Positions 49,051 to 49,162 of a stretch of DNA of 49,162 nucleotides are shown here, piece by piece. This DNA comes from an uncultured Erysipelotrichaceae bacterium (GTDB taxonomy: Bacteria > Bacillota_I > Bacilli_A > RF39 > UBA660). The notes beneath the pieces were generated by a model. It was given only the letters and a program-made list of their open reading frames with translations, was not told where the DNA came from and did no database searches. Made by a program: the position numbers and the translations under genes. Every line of letters begins with the position of its first letter. The stretch's first letter is position 1. The stretch is from NCBI GenBank assembly GCA_902783895.1, contig CACZST010000009.1:1-49162 (forward strand), read 5' to 3'.

Positions 49051-49070
49051 AAAAAGTGGTTAAACCACTT
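49051..49070 (-). terminator. intrinsic terminator
   Basis: AAAGTGG-ttaaa-CCACTTT with T-run on the minus strand. Confidence 0.75.
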
Positions 49071-49095
49071 TAATTATGTCAGGGGCATGTTTTAT

Positions 49096-49162
49096 TTATT
49101 TTATATTTTGTATCTCTTCTATAGAAAGTCCAGTTGCCTTTGAAATAGTTTCTAAATCAATA
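49096..49162 (-). CDS. 3' end of a probable Rpn/PD-(D/E)XK nuclease-family gene (partial)
   Basis: IDLETISKATGLSIEEIQNIK* is the characteristic Rpn-family C-terminal HTH tail. Confidence 0.6.
   Translation of the reverse strand, partial: IDLETISKATGLSIEEIQNIK

Overview
Very AT-rich (roughly 25% GC by eye) bacterial chromosome segment using the standard genetic code. The gene content suggests an uncultured gut Bacilli of the RF39/CAG type; this taxonomy is inference. Most genes are on the minus strand. The window holds housekeeping genes (gltX, pheST with a Phe T-box, clpC, yqeG/yqeH, rpsP-khpA, mscL, hsp20), six tRNAs, peptidoglycan genes (LCP, MurJ-like flippase, M23 peptidase, S11 carboxypeptidase, and a D-Asp ligase/racemase/amidotransferase operon), sporulation genes (cotE, unannotated cse60), two prepilins and a VmlR/CplR-like ABC-F. 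Most notable: (1) a complete Asn-specifier T-box riboswitch inside a tRNA operon, directly upstream of its cognate tRNA-Asn gene; (2) a bacterial protein built of mTERF-like 35-aa repeats; (3) a ~53% GC, NNC-codon-rich patch at the end of a lectin-like surface protein domain, resembling a diversity-generating retroelement (DGR) variable region, with no RT or TR seen in the window; (4) an unannotated leader peptide and RBS-overlapping hairpin upstream of the ABC-F gene. All calls come from reading the sequence; no searches were run.
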